A stretch of DNA of 64,000 nt from Clostridium sp. (lineage in GTDB: Bacteria; Bacillota; Clostridia; Clostridiales; Clostridiaceae): assembly GCA_018372555.1 (NCBI GenBank), contig JAHAIU010000002.1:3308-67307 (forward strand), written 5' to 3'. Positions 11,503-21,286 of the stretch are shown here, one piece after another. The notes under the pieces were generated by a model. The model was not told the DNA's origin. It saw only the letters and a program-made list of their open reading frames with translations, and did not search any database. Position 1 is the first letter of the stretch. Each line of letters begins with the position of its first letter. Position numbers and translations under genes: made by a program.

Positions 11503-12024
11503 TTATTTTTTTGGTTCTATTATAACATCACTGATTCCTGATATATTTTCCGCTATTTCTTGTATTGAAGCTGTTTCTACATCTGTTAATTCATCAGAGC
11601 TAACTACTATTCTTACTTTACTGCCACCTTCTATTGAACATAACACATCTTCAAAGCCCTTATTTTTTACACCCACTTCTATTCTTGACTCTTTATCCAT
11701 TAACATTGTTTTTTCTAATCTGTCATTAGTTGCTAAATCCTTTGCTTCTTGTGAAGTATTTGCATCTGCAATTAAAGCATCTAAGTTTTGAAGAGTTATT
11801 GCATCTTCTTTTTCTTTTTCACTTCTTAAAGTAAAGAAGTAATCTTGGCTACCTAAAGTTTCTTTATCTTTGTCCTTATCTTCTTCTGTATCTTGACCTG
11901 CAATTACTTGACTGAAATCTGTTGGATCATTTAATCCAGTCTTGTTGATTCTTGCTGCTATGACTCCTACACATACTATAAGAGCCATAAGTGTAAAAAT
12001 AATTCCAAATTGTTTTTTTGTCAT
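11503..12024 (-). CDS. spoIIIAH: Stage III sporulation protein AH
   Basis: N-terminal TM, DYFF.LR and KGFEDV motifs; last gene of the spoIIIA operon. Confidence 0.9.
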   Translation of the reverse strand: MTKKQFGIIFTLMALIVCVGVIAARINKTGLNDPTDFSQVIAGQDTEEDKDKDKETLGSQDYFFTLRSEKEKEDAITLQNLDALIADANTSQEAKDLATNDRLEKTMLMDKESRIEVGVKNKGFEDVLCSIEGGSKVRIVVSSDELTDVETASIQEIAENISGISDVIIEPKK

Positions 12025-12061
12025 AAATCTTCCCTCCATCTATTTTACATTTTATTATATG

Positions 12062-12673
12062 CTAGCTTTTCATAGGATATACATTGACTTTATCTATAGA
12101 TATTCCATAAAGACTAGATACAGCAACTTGTATATCATATTTAACCTTTGCACTACTAGCTCCATCTGCAACTATTAACACTCCAGTAATTTCAGGCTTA
12201 TTAACTTGAAGAATATATGGTTCATTTTTAGAGCCATCTCCTGCCATTACTACTTTGCTTCCTCCATTTTGTGTTTCATTAGTCCTTTTTCCTCCTTGAC
12301 TATCTGTTTCTTCTGTAACAGTTTCTTGTGTAGTTTCTTCTGTAGCAGGTACTTTTACTTCTCCACTTTTGAAATAAATCATTACATCTACTTCACCAAC
12401 ATTATCTATGCTAGAAAGTAATTTCTTAAGTTGAGCTTTTTCATTTTCTTCATAATTATTAATTGTTGCTTCTGCATTTTTCTCTAGTTCACTACTAGCA
12501 TTACTGCTAACCTTTGTACTTTTGTCTTCTGCTGACTCTTTCTTCCTACTATTAGTTATAAAGCTAATAGCTAGTAATACAAATGCTAAAATTAAAAAAA
12601 CAACAACTACATTTAAAAATTTTTTGTCATTTAATATTTTAGCTATATCTTTTTTTATATCACCCTTACCCAT
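12062..12673 (-). CDS. spoIIIAG: Stage III sporulation protein AG
   Basis: VGEVDVMI, ETDSQGGKR and PEITGVLIVADGA motifs; start could instead be 12688. Confidence 0.93.
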   Translation of the reverse strand: MGKGDIKKDIAKILNDKKFLNVVVVFLILAFVLLAISFITNSRKKESAEDKSTKVSSNASSELEKNAEATINNYEENEKAQLKKLLSSIDNVGEVDVMIYFKSGEVKVPATEETTQETVTEETDSQGGKRTNETQNGGSKVVMAGDGSKNEPYILQVNKPEITGVLIVADGASSAKVKYDIQVAVSSLYGISIDKVNVYPMKS

Positions 12674-12687
12674 TTTCTCAACTCCCA

Positions 12688-13269
12688 TTAACTTAATCTA
12701 TATACTGATATTTTATCTTCAGAAATTTTAAGAGTATCTTTTAAAAATTTAATTATTTCCTGCTTATTTTTAACATTTTCACTGTTTGTAGATACTTCTG
12801 TGCTTTCTTCTTCATTAATTACTATTTTTTCAACATTTAAAATCCCTTTATCTTTTACTCCAACTTCTATTTTATCAATTGAATACTCTATATTATCCAT
12901 ATCTATATTCCCTTGAATCTTCACATTAAAATCAGAGTCACTATACTGTTCCTTTAAAAGGCTATTTAAATTGTCTTCTATATTATTAAGTACAGCTTTA
13001 CTTCTAGTATCCTGACTTTCCTCAAAAGAACTTGATACCTCTTTATCTTCTTTTGGCATAGATAAATAGCTATCAATTTTATTTACTAACAGCTCTTCTC
13101 CATCACCTAAAAAATTTATAAGCGGAGATATCATTACAGCAATTAAAATACAGCCCAATACAAATTTAATATACTTTTTCATGCTGTTTTCAGGAGAAAT
13201 TAATTCAATTGCAGAAATTAATATAAGCATAGTAACTAGAGTTATAACAAATCCCTTTATTTCTTCCAC
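12688..13269 (-). CDS. spoIIIAF: Stage III sporulation protein AF
   Basis: ELISPENSMKKYIKFVLG motif; operon position. Confidence 0.92.
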   Translation of the reverse strand: MEEIKGFVITLVTMLILISAIELISPENSMKKYIKFVLGCILIAVMISPLINFLGDGEELLVNKIDSYLSMPKEDKEVSSSFEESQDTRSKAVLNNIEDNLNSLLKEQYSDSDFNVKIQGNIDMDNIEYSIDKIEVGVKDKGILNVEKIVINEEESTEVSTNSENVKNKQEIIKFLKDTLKISEDKISVYRLS

Positions 13270-13278
13270 TCCTAATAA

Positions 13279-14502
13279 TCACCCCCCTATTACAAACTTT
13301 CCTGCTGATGCCATAATAGCAAGTAATACAAAGAACATTAAACTAACAGAAAGTACACATGACATAATAAGTATTAATGAATCTCCTGCTGATGCTATAG
13401 AACTAGTTATTCTTTTATCACTAATAGGCTCAATAAGAGCTGCTGTTAACTTATATACAAAGGATATTAGCAAAAGCTTTATAACTGGATATAACATCAT
13501 TAATACAATTACTACTAGACCAATTGTGCTAACTGCATTTTTTATAATTAAGGAATACCCAGCTACAGAAGCAATTGCATCTGAAAAGGCCTTTCCTACA
13601 ATAGGAATAAAATTATCTATAGCAAACTTAGCTGTCTTTAAAGTTACCGCATCTATTGTGGATGCAGTAATACCTCTAACAGTAAGTAATCCAATAAATA
13701 AGGTTAATATAATCCCTTGCATCCAAACTGTAATTTGTTTAGTTAATTTGCATAAGTTACTGATTTTATGTTCCGTTGAAATGTTATTTGTAAATTCTAA
13801 TACAAAAGTAATTAATATCAATGGAATAATCACACTAGTATAAATTCTAGGTACAAATATCGTTGCAGCCATAATTATAGGATCCATTGTTGCTGCTTGA
13901 CTAAAACCTCCTATAGTGCCTAGCATCATAACTAATACTGGCATTACAGCTCCCATAAAGTCTGATAGACTCTTTATTATATCCACTGCAATAGTAATAG
14001 ACAAAATAAAGCTTCTTGACAAAATTATTATAAGTATTGAGTAGCATGCAAAAAATGCAACATTAGATATACTCTCATTTGAAAATGCTGATTGTAAATT
14101 CTTCAAAAGTGAACATATAAGTGCAAGTACTATTATGCTTATAGATAATGAAAGTACTGTTTTAACTTCTTTAAATGCAAAACTTAATAACGCATTACTT
14201 ACTTCTTTTATAGATAAACTACTTTCACCATTTTTTATATATTCCTTTATATATTGAACTGGATCTAAATCATTCATTATTTCTACATCTGATTTAATAT
14301 TATTTATATAATTATATAAATTATTTAACTTATTATTTGTTTCTTCATCTTGAATCATATTTTCTTCATTTATACTTGTAGTATTAAAACTATTGTTTTC
14401 ATTATCAACAGCCAAAACATCTTTAAATCCTATATTAATGAAGATAATACAGCAAAAAATGAAACTAAAGATTAACTTAATACCCTTTCCCCTCTTTAAC
14501 AT
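13279..14502 (-). CDS. spoIIIAE: Stage III sporulation protein AE
   Basis: Multi-TM protein; KTAKFAIDNFIPIVGKAFSDA motif. Confidence 0.95.
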   Translation of the reverse strand: MLKRGKGIKLIFSFIFCCIIFINIGFKDVLAVDNENNSFNTTSINEENMIQDEETNNKLNNLYNYINNIKSDVEIMNDLDPVQYIKEYIKNGESSLSIKEVSNALLSFAFKEVKTVLSLSISIIVLALICSLLKNLQSAFSNESISNVAFFACYSILIIILSRSFILSITIAVDIIKSLSDFMGAVMPVLVMMLGTIGGFSQAATMDPIIMAATIFVPRIYTSVIIPLILITFVLEFTNNISTEHKISNLCKLTKQITVWMQGIILTLFIGLLTVRGITASTIDAVTLKTAKFAIDNFIPIVGKAFSDAIASVAGYSLIIKNAVSTIGLVVIVLMMLYPVIKLLLISFVYKLTAALIEPISDKRITSSIASAGDSLILIMSCVLSVSLMFFVLLAIMASAGKFVIGG

Positions 14503-14510
14503 ATCTCCTC

Positions 14511-14894
14511 CTATAATATTTGTAATATAGATTCAAGAACTGCCATTAAGATAGGTATTGCTAAGGTTAATATCAATATTTTAGCTGAAAACTCAACTTT
14601 ACTTGCTATACTAGAAGCTCCAGCATCCTTACATATTTCACTACAAAAAGTAGCTAAATATGATATTGCAAGTATCTTTAGTACTAATCCTATATAAACT
14701 ACATCTACCTTAGCTTTATTTGATATATCTTTTATAAAGTTTAGAACATCACTAATACTTGATATAATAAATATAAATAAAAGAATACCTGCTACTAAAG
14801 AAACAAGAATTGCTACATCACTCCTTCTATCCTTTAGCATAAGAAATATAAATAATGCAACTAAGGCAAAAGCTACAATTTTAACTATCTCCAT
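14511..14894 (-). CDS. spoIIIAD: Stage III sporulation protein AD
   Basis: ICKDAGASSIASKVE motif. Confidence 0.95.
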   Translation of the reverse strand: MEIVKIVAFALVALFIFLMLKDRRSDVAILVSLVAGILLFIFIISSISDVLNFIKDISNKAKVDVVYIGLVLKILAISYLATFCSEICKDAGASSIASKVEFSAKILILTLAIPILMAVLESILQIL

Positions 14895-14902
14895 ACCTTC
14901 AC

Positions 14903-15100
14903 CTAAAACATAAACATAGTTTTTACAGAATTAAACAAATCAGTTATTAGTCCAATCACAGTAATTAGTATAATTACAATCCCTGCTATATTAGTTATTA
15001 CTGCTACATCATCTTTACCACTTGCCTTTAATACTTTATCAATTACAATAAGTAGAACTCCCATAGCCCCAATCTTAAATAATATACTTATGTCTAGCAT
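14903..15100 (-). CDS. spoIIIAC: Stage III sporulation protein AC
   Basis: DISILFKIGAMG...VLKASGKDD; 65 aa. Confidence 0.93.
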   Translation of the reverse strand: MLDISILFKIGAMGVLLIVIDKVLKASGKDDVAVITNIAGIVIILITVIGLITDLFNSVKTMFMF

Positions 15101-15115
15101 TTCTTCCCCTCCTAA

Positions 15116-15634
15116 TTAAATGAAAAAAATTGATATCATGGCTCCTAAACATATACCTAAAACCCTACACATTTTTGAATTTTTTTTTGCTAGCTCTTCT
15201 GCAGTACTGCAATTTACCTTTAAATTTTCTATAGTTAAATTAAAAATTTTATCTTGTCCATATACTCCTGTTTCTCCAAGCCCATTAAAGAAGTCATTTA
15301 TTATAACCTCATCTTCTCTTTTTAAAAAGTAATCTTGACTACCATTTTTATATTCCTTTTTAAATGCTGAATATACGCTTTCCACTTCATTATTACTAAG
15401 TCTAGATGAAACATCACTTAATGTTGACTTTATTGGTTCTTCCACTTTATTAGAAATATAATTTAAAGCTTCTGGTAATGGAGTGTTTGCATAAATAACT
15501 TCATTATTTAAAAATAAAATTGCTTTTAAAATTTCCTTAAGTTGTTTACTTCTCTTATTAAATGTTTCACCATAATAGTAACCAATAAAACTACTAGATA
15601 AAAAAATAATTGAAACAGCTATTATTTTAAGCAT
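15116..15634 (-). CDS. spoIIIAB: Stage III sporulation protein AB
   Basis: EVIYANTPLPEAL motif; terminal TM segments. Confidence 0.93.
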   Translation of the reverse strand: MLKIIAVSIIFLSSSFIGYYYGETFNKRSKQLKEILKAILFLNNEVIYANTPLPEALNYISNKVEEPIKSTLSDVSSRLSNNEVESVYSAFKKEYKNGSQDYFLKREDEVIINDFFNGLGETGVYGQDKIFNLTIENLKVNCSTAEELAKKNSKMCRVLGICLGAMISIFFI

Positions 15635-16548
15635 TTAACATCACCACTTTCTTCTATTGAATAAACATTCTCAATAGTACCAGGTCCTTTTCTACTACTT
15701 AAGACTATTATTCTATCTAAAATAGAATTTTCTAGTAGCTCCTTAAATACAGTCCTTTTATAAACATCATCAATACTATATCCATGAATTGTAACTATAA
15801 TATTTACTCCAGAATTAAAAGCCATATTTAATGCTTCTATTTCACCATATGTTCCAATTTCATCACATATTATAATTTCAGGTGATAAACTTCTTATAGC
15901 CATTATCATTCCATCTTTTTTGAAGCAATTATCTAATATATCTGTTCTTATTCCTATATCAAGTTGAGGTATTCCATTGAAACAAGAAGCAATTTCACTC
16001 CTTTCATCTATAACAGAAACCTTCTTGCCTTTTAAGTTATATAAAGGCATCCCATTTGAAATATTCCTAGCCATATCTCTTAATATTGTTGTTTTCCCAC
16101 ATTTAGGAGGTGAAACTATTAAAGTATTAAGAATACTATCATTTTTAGTAATATACCTCATAACTTCATTAGAGCATCCCTTAACTTCATGACATATTCT
16201 TATATTTAATGAAGATATATTTCTAATAGTTTTTATTTCCCCCTTATTTAAAACACATTCACCAGCAATACCTATCCTATGTCCACCCTTAATAGTTATA
16301 TATCCCTGTCTTATTTCTTCCTCATAAGCATATAGTGAGTAATTAGATATTCTTACTAATATTTGTTTTAATTCTTCAATGCTAGGTACAAATCCTAGTA
16401 TTATCTCTTTATAAGATAAATTTACTATAACTGGCTTATTTGCTTTTATCCTTATTTCTTGAACTGCTAAGTTATTTATAAATATTTCTCTTAGTTCTTC
16501 TGCTAAATTTAAAGGTAGTAACTTTAATACCTCCTCTTGGCTTTTCAA
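15622..16548 (-). CDS. spoIIIAA: Stage III sporulation protein AA (ATPase)
   Basis: GGHRIGIAG, SPPKCGKTT, DERSEIA and DEIG motifs. Confidence 0.96.
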   Translation of the reverse strand: MKSQEEVLKLLPLNLAEELREIFINNLAVQEIRIKANKPVIVNLSYKEIILGFVPSIEELKQILVRISNYSLYAYEEEIRQGYITIKGGHRIGIAGECVLNKGEIKTIRNISSLNIRICHEVKGCSNEVMRYITKNDSILNTLIVSPPKCGKTTILRDMARNISNGMPLYNLKGKKVSVIDERSEIASCFNGIPQLDIGIRTDILDNCFKKDGMIMAIRSLSPEIIICDEIGTYGEIEALNMAFNSGVNIIVTIHGYSIDDVYKRTVFKELLENSILDRIIVLSSRKGPGTIENVYSIEESGDVKCLK

Positions 16549-16601
16549 ATTTTATCACTTCCTATTCCATAGTTATATTTAAGATTATTTCTTTCTATCA
16601 A

Positions 16602-16630
16602 ATAATATTCATACATTTATTTAAATATGT
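16602..16630 (-). promoter_or_regulatory. SigE-type promoter of the spoIIIA operon
   Basis: ACATATT-N14-AATATTAT against consensus KCATANT-N14-CATACANT; spoIIIA is SigE-dependent. Confidence 0.65.
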
Positions 16631-16654
16631 AAAATATTTAATTTTAATTTAAAT

Positions 16655-16699
16655 AAAAAAGCTATTGCTAGAAATCATTAAGATTAAAGGCAATAGCTT
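16655..16699 (-). terminator. Second terminator-like hairpin upstream of the spoIIIA promoter
   Basis: AAGCTATTGC/GCAATAGCTT 10-bp stem with a 21-nt loop; T-run on the minus strand. Confidence 0.55.
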
Positions 16700-16719
16700 A
16701 CTATCAATATTTATAAAAT

Positions 16720-16764
16720 AAAAAAGGGCCACCACTTACAAATTTTTCTTAAAAGTGACAGCTC
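16720..16764 (-). terminator. Terminator after the Zn-ribbon gene
   Basis: Minus strand GAGCTGTCACTT...AAGTGGTGGCCC (G-U pairs) then T6. Confidence 0.65.
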
Positions 16765-16770
16765 TAAAAG

Positions 16771-16821
16771 TATTTTAGTAACTTATAACAAATTACTTTC
16801 TAAATTATTAATTATTAATTG
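16771..16821 (-). repeat. Type II arm of the heptamer-flanked element
   Basis: 43/51 identical by manual alignment to 27845-27895; starts immediately after the TAA of the 122-aa gene. Confidence 0.8.
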
Positions 16822-17190
16822 TTATTTTTCTGTGGCATTTTTATTACAGAAAGGACAAGGTATAATACTACTATTATTAATAGTATCTCTTTCTATAAAT
16901 AAAGGTTTATGACAGTTATTACATTTTATTTCTACATACTCTTCTTCCATTTCCATTAAATCTTCAATGGATACCTCTTCAAAAAGCTCATCTTGTAATC
17001 CTATAATATCTTCATCAATGTATTCTAAATTTTCTTCTAGTGATTCTTGTCTATCAGATAAAGCTCTTACTTCTTCTGATAATATGTCTATTAAAGATAG
17101 AATGCCATCTAAAACCTCTTTGTTCTTGTCATATTCAATACTAGATACTTCCTTTTTTAATAATTCAATTTTACTTTTTAAATCATTCAT
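16822..17190 (-). CDS. Conserved clostridial protein (CD1247 N-terminal-like coiled coil + C-terminal Zn ribbon)
   Basis: Acidic coiled coil (LEYIDEDI) and CNNC...CPFC; lies between efp and spoIIIAA. Confidence 0.75.
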   Translation of the reverse strand: MNDLKSKIELLKKEVSSIEYDKNKEVLDGILSLIDILSEEVRALSDRQESLEENLEYIDEDIIGLQDELFEEVSIEDLMEMEEEYVEIKCNNCHKPLFIERDTINNSSIIPCPFCNKNATEK

Positions 17191-17260
17191 TTTTTCACAT
17201 CCTTAAAATAGAACTATTCTATCTAATTATAACCTAAAGGGCTGTCTAACAAACAGCCCA

Positions 17261-17325
17261 AATTAAGAATTAAAAATTAAAAATGAAAAATTAATTTTTA
17301 ATTTTTAATTCTTAGTTTTTCATTG
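17261..17325. repeat. Core-less heptamer element: head-to-head 7-mer arrays forming a perfect 19-bp inverted repeat
   Basis: AAGAATTAAAAATTAAAAA (17265-17283) and its exact reverse complement (17295-17313). Confidence 0.8.
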
Positions 17326-17364
17326 TGCGATAGTACCATCTATGTTAAAACTATATTTTTTAAT

Positions 17365-17395
17365 ATAAAATAGGTGGAAGTATTCTACTTCCACC
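17365..17395 (-). terminator. Terminator after efp
   Basis: GGTGGAAGTA/TACTTCCACC 10-bp stem; minus-strand tail TATTTT. Confidence 0.8.
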
Positions 17396-17430
17396 CTTTA
17401 AATATTAAGAATTCATCTTATTATGTAAGA

Positions 17431-17988
17431 TTAAACTCTTTCCATGTACTCTCCAGTTCTAGTATCTACTCTTATTACATCTCCTTCATTAACAAACATA
17501 GGAACATTAACAACTGCTCCTGTTTCTAATGTAGCAGGCTTCATAGCATTTGTAGCTGTATTTCCTTTGATTCCTGGATCCGCTTGAGTAATTAATAATT
17601 CAACGAAGTTTGGAGCTTCAACTGAGAAAGCATCACCTTTGTAGAATTTAATTACAGCAAACATATTTTCCTTAATAAACTTAATTGCATCTTCAACTTT
17701 CTCATAGTTTAGTGGAATTTGTTCAAAAGTTTCTTGATCCATGAAATAGTATAATTCCCCATCTGAATAAAGGTATTGCATTTCTTTTCTTTCAATTACA
17801 GCTTCTTGTAATTTTGTAGTTGGGTTAAAAGTTGTATCAGTAACACCACCAGAAATTACGTTTCTTAATTTAGTTCTTACGAATGCTGCACCTTTTCCTG
17901 GCTTAACATGTAAGAAGTCTATTACTGTAAAAACTTGTCCTTCATACTCGAATGTAGTACCTTTTCTTAAATCTCCTGCTGATATCAT
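17431..17988 (-). CDS. efp: Elongation factor P
   Basis: [14 protein letters not shown] and DTRTGEY motifs. Confidence 0.97.
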   Translation of the reverse strand: MISAGDLRKGTTFEYEGQVFTVIDFLHVKPGKGAAFVRTKLRNVISGGVTDTTFNPTTKLQEAVIERKEMQYLYSDGELYYFMDQETFEQIPLNYEKVEDAIKFIKENMFAVIKFYKGDAFSVEAPNFVELLITQADPGIKGNTATNAMKPATLETGAVVNVPMFVNEGDVIRVDTRTGEYMERV

Positions 17989-18082
17989 TAAATATCCCTC
18001 CAAAAACTTTATTCCATATTTAGTTATTTCTTATCAACCTAAATATTCATAACAATAACTTTGTTTACGACATAACAAAAAT

Positions 18083-18111
18083 ATTTTATCAAAATTCACT
18101 AATAAATGCAA
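18083..18111 (-). promoter_or_regulatory. SigA promoter of efp
   Basis: TTGCAT-N17-TAAAAT with TG extension. Confidence 0.65.
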
Positions 18112-18150
18112 TTCTTTATATAAACTTATCCTAATTTATATTAATTATAT

Positions 18151-18516
18151 TTAATTGCTTACTAAATCTAATTCTAGAGAAATATTATTATCAATATATT
18201 TTAAGCTATAATTTTCAATATTATACGCATATAATTGCTTTAATGCATTTTGAACTTCTTCTTTACTCCCTTTGATTTCAGTTTTTATTCTCCATTCATT
18301 ATTTGAATTATTATAACTAATTACCTCTAGATTTTTTACGCTTCTAAAATCATTTTCTATTTCTTTTATATATTTTACATTTTTCTCTTCTGTTATACTA
18401 GTTTCTAAAGTGTCATTTTTATATATTTCATCTAAATTATTATTAACTAACATAAAAATACATTGTACTCCAGTAAGTAATACTATTATTATATATATAA
18501 TTATTTTTTTATTCAT
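18151..18516 (-). CDS. Single-TM pilus accessory protein (PilO-like by position)
   Basis: N-terminal TM plus small extracytoplasmic domain; last gene of the overlapping pilus operon. Confidence 0.5.
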   Translation of the reverse strand: MNKKIIIYIIIVLLTGVQCIFMLVNNNLDEIYKNDTLETSITEEKNVKYIKEIENDFRSVKNLEVISYNNSNNEWRIKTEIKGSKEEVQNALKQLYAYNIENYSLKYIDNNISLELDLVSN

Positions 18517-18919
18517 AAACAACCTCAACTAAATAAGCCTTATCATTAACTTTCCTTATAGTATTAATTTTAAAATTCGTTTCCTCTTCTATATAAAAAA
18601 TAGTGTTTTTATTTTCAGTTTCTATAGTTCCAGAATTATTACTAAAATTAAAAGCTTTAATATCTTCATTTATATAATCTAAAACATTAATAATTTCCTC
18701 TTGTTTGCTATTTTTTACCTCAATATCATAACTGACAACTTCTACTGAATCATTCTTACTAAGATAATTTTTAATTTTATTAATTGATTTTGGTAATAGT
18801 AAAAAATTAAGTATTAGTAATAATAAAATTAAGAGCTTACTATCTTTCTTTTCCTTGCTTTTCTTTTGAATAACATATTCTCTTGGAATAAAATTTTTAT
18901 TTTCTATATATCTTTTCAT
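18509..18919 (-). CDS. Single-TM pilus accessory protein (PilN-like)
   Basis: NFIP motif (compare PilN INLLP) followed by basic residues and a TM segment. Confidence 0.55.
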   Translation of the reverse strand: MKRYIENKNFIPREYVIQKKSKEKKDSKLLILLLLILNFLLLPKSINKIKNYLSKNDSVEVVSYDIEVKNSKQEEIINVLDYINEDIKAFNFSNNSGTIETENKNTIFYIEEETNFKINTIRKVNDKAYLVEVVYE

Positions 18920-19538
18920 ATATACCCTCAACTAAATCAATATTTTTTATCTTGAATCCTATTACTTGATCTATTAGAGATTCTGTATTTATACTTTTAT
19001 CTATAATTAATAATTTGTTATCATCTATTAAGCTAATAGTTTTAAAAACTTCATCTTCATTATTAGCAATAACGGAGTTAATTATATATCCCTTTTCTAA
19101 GGATAAAACATGGAATATATTGTTTATTTTAAATAATATATTCGAATCCTTTGAATTCTTAATTTTCTTTATTACTTTATTCTTTATATAAAATTGTATA
19201 GGTTCTATAGTTAGCTCTGCAGCGTCGTTAGTTAATGAAATCAAATTATTATTTCTAATTGAATATAGATAAACAATATTATCTTTCTTATTGTATTCAT
19301 GGCTAAATAAAAAGTTATCTTTATCAGAAAAATCTTCATTTATTTTTTTTTCAATAAAATTACCTATTCCTGCATTACTAGAATAAAACCCATATTTCTT
19401 AATTAAAAGTATTTGTGATAAAAATATAATTCTCCTTTTTTTTGATATATTATCTAAAAGCTCACTATAATTATTTCTATTATATTCATCACCTTTATAA
19501 ATGTATGTATCTTTATATATTCCAATATTACTAATCAT
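18897..19538 (-). CDS. Cytoplasmic pilus accessory protein (divergent PilM-like by position)
   Basis: Soluble 213-aa protein between the pilins and the PilN-like gene; no motif firmly recognised. Confidence 0.45.
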   Translation of the reverse strand: MISNIGIYKDTYIYKGDEYNRNNYSELLDNISKKRRIIFLSQILLIKKYGFYSSNAGIGNFIEKKINEDFSDKDNFLFSHEYNKKDNIVYLYSIRNNNLISLTNDAAELTIEPIQFYIKNKVIKKIKNSKDSNILFKINNIFHVLSLEKGYIINSVIANNEDEVFKTISLIDDNKLLIIDKSINTESLIDQVIGFKIKNIDLVEGIYEKIYRK

Positions 19539-19541
19539 TAT

Positions 19542-19973
19542 CTAACCTCCGTAAATATATTGAGTTTTATATGTTGACGGCTTAAATTTATATTCTTTAT
19601 CATTAACTTCATTTAGACCTATATACATTTTAGAGCTATCTGTCCTCTTAGTAATATAGTAAGTATTATTTATCTTCTCTAAAGCATAGCTTTTAAATTT
19701 TGTATTACTAGTAGATATTTCTTTACTTAAAGTAACTAGATTGTTTAAGGAAGCAGAATTACTCTTTACTTTTATATTAAGAGTTTCTAAATACTCTTCT
19801 TCATCAATACTTAAAGATTTTTTATCGGAAAAAGTACGATATTCATTAGTTCTTAAATGTATATTTAAAATAAACTTTAATGATATGTTTGATATTACAA
19901 TTATTATCATAAATATAATTATTGTTTCTACTAAGGAGAACCCTTTTTTCTTTTTAGTAACTTTTAAATGCAT
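19542..19973 (-). CDS. Type IV (pseudo)pilin
   Basis: Class III signal KKKKG|FSLVE plus hydrophobic helix. Confidence 0.85.
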   Translation of the reverse strand: MHLKVTKKKKGFSLVETIIIFMIIIVISNISLKFILNIHLRTNEYRTFSDKKSLSIDEEEYLETLNIKVKSNSASLNNLVTLSKEISTSNTKFKSYALEKINNTYYITKRTDSSKMYIGLNEVNDKEYKFKPSTYKTQYIYGG

Positions 19974-20443
19974 ATTATTCTTTCTTCACCTTTTTTATTT
20001 GTAATTTTTAAATAGCTTATATTTTCTTTTTTATATACCTGAAAATTTGATACATTTCTCATAAGTACATTGGTTCCATTACCTAAGTATCCATTTGTAA
20101 TTATGACTATTTTATCATTACTTAACTTAATATTTTTTTCAACAATATCTTCTTTAAAATGATTAATCTTATATTTAATTATTATTTCATCAGCTATAGG
20201 ATTATCTACTACATCAATAGAAGTTATCATATCAGTTTTTAATAATCTATCAAGATTTAAAAGAGCATCATCAAAATCGTTATAATATTTCATACTTTCT
20301 ATTAATTTATTGTAATTAGTGTAAGCAACCTTTATTGTATTAAAAGCTATCGTTAAAACTATTAAATGAATAAATAAAGATATCATTACTTCAATAAGTG
20401 TCATAGCTTTCTTAGTTTTTCTCCATCCAATATGATTTAACAA
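19964..20443 (-). CDS. Type IV (pseudo)pilin
   Basis: KTKKA|MTLIE plus hydrophobic helix; start codon uncertain. Confidence 0.8.
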   Translation of the reverse strand: MLNHIGWRKTKKAMTLIEVMISLFIHLIVLTIAFNTIKVAYTNYNKLIESMKYYNDFDDALLNLDRLLKTDMITSIDVVDNPIADEIIIKYKINHFKEDIVEKNIKLSNDKIVIITNGYLGNGTNVLMRNVSNFQVYKKENISYLKITNKKGEERIICI

Positions 20444-20822
20444 ATTCCCTTTCAGCTAAAACACCTCCATTACTACCTTTAATTGTAATAGAATATAAAT
20501 AAATTTTATCTTCTATTGAACTTTTAATTCTTTTTAAAGTAATATCACTTCCTCTTTCCAAAGACATAAGGGGTAGGTTAATTAACTTATCTAAAATATC
20601 ATTTGTATATTTAAAGGATACTTCCTCACCTAAATCACTAAATTTATTATTATATTTAGCTTCATTTTCTATAGCATAAGCTACTCTTTCAGCTTCTTCT
20701 CTTAATTTTCTATTATTTACTGCCTTAGCACTTATTATAATAATTTGACTTACAATAGTAAAAGCCATTAAAATAATTGCAAGAGAAATAATAACTTCAA
20801 CTAAAGTATTACCTTTTTTCAA
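20412..20822 (-). CDS. Type IV (pseudo)pilin
   Basis: MKKG|NTLVE plus hydrophobic helix. Confidence 0.82.
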   Translation of the reverse strand: MKKGNTLVEVIISLAIILMAFTIVSQIIIISAKAVNNRKLREEAERVAYAIENEAKYNNKFSDLGEEVSFKYTNDILDKLINLPLMSLERGSDITLKRIKSSIEDKIYLYSITIKGSNGGVLAEREFVKSYWMEKN

Positions 20823-21286
20823 TCTATAATATCCCCCTCATTTTTATCACTAACTCTTATAATATCATTTCCTACAGAAACCTTTAGCACCATTGATTTA
20901 TTTAAGTAACCACTTATAACTTCAATAGCACCTGCTTTTGTAATAAAACCTTCTTCATTTACTGTATTATTTCCACTAAAATTACTTCCTATTTCAAGAC
21001 TATCTTCAAGGTTAATTATCTTTTTAATAGGAGCTTTTCTATTTTCTACTGTAAAAGTAATACTTTTTCTATCTGATGCAACTAAAATATTTCCAGTAAT
21101 CTCATTTTTCCTACAATAGGCCTTGCTAAAGCTCAATAAATCTCTTACATCTAGAGCTGTACTTTCTAATTTTATTTTTTCTACAGAATTTTTGTAAAAA
21201 TTATATCCCAGTGATGCTAAACTAGAGAAAAGTAACATTATCGATAATACTATTATTAGTTCAATAAGTGTATAACCTTTCTTCAT
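20819..21286 (-). CDS. Type IV (pseudo)pilin
   Basis: MKKG|YTLIELIIVL. Confidence 0.87.
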   Translation of the reverse strand: MKKGYTLIELIIVLSIMLLFSSLASLGYNFYKNSVEKIKLESTALDVRDLLSFSKAYCRKNEITGNILVASDRKSITFTVENRKAPIKKIINLEDSLEIGSNFSGNNTVNEEGFITKAGAIEVISGYLNKSMVLKVSVGNDIIRVSDKNEGDIID

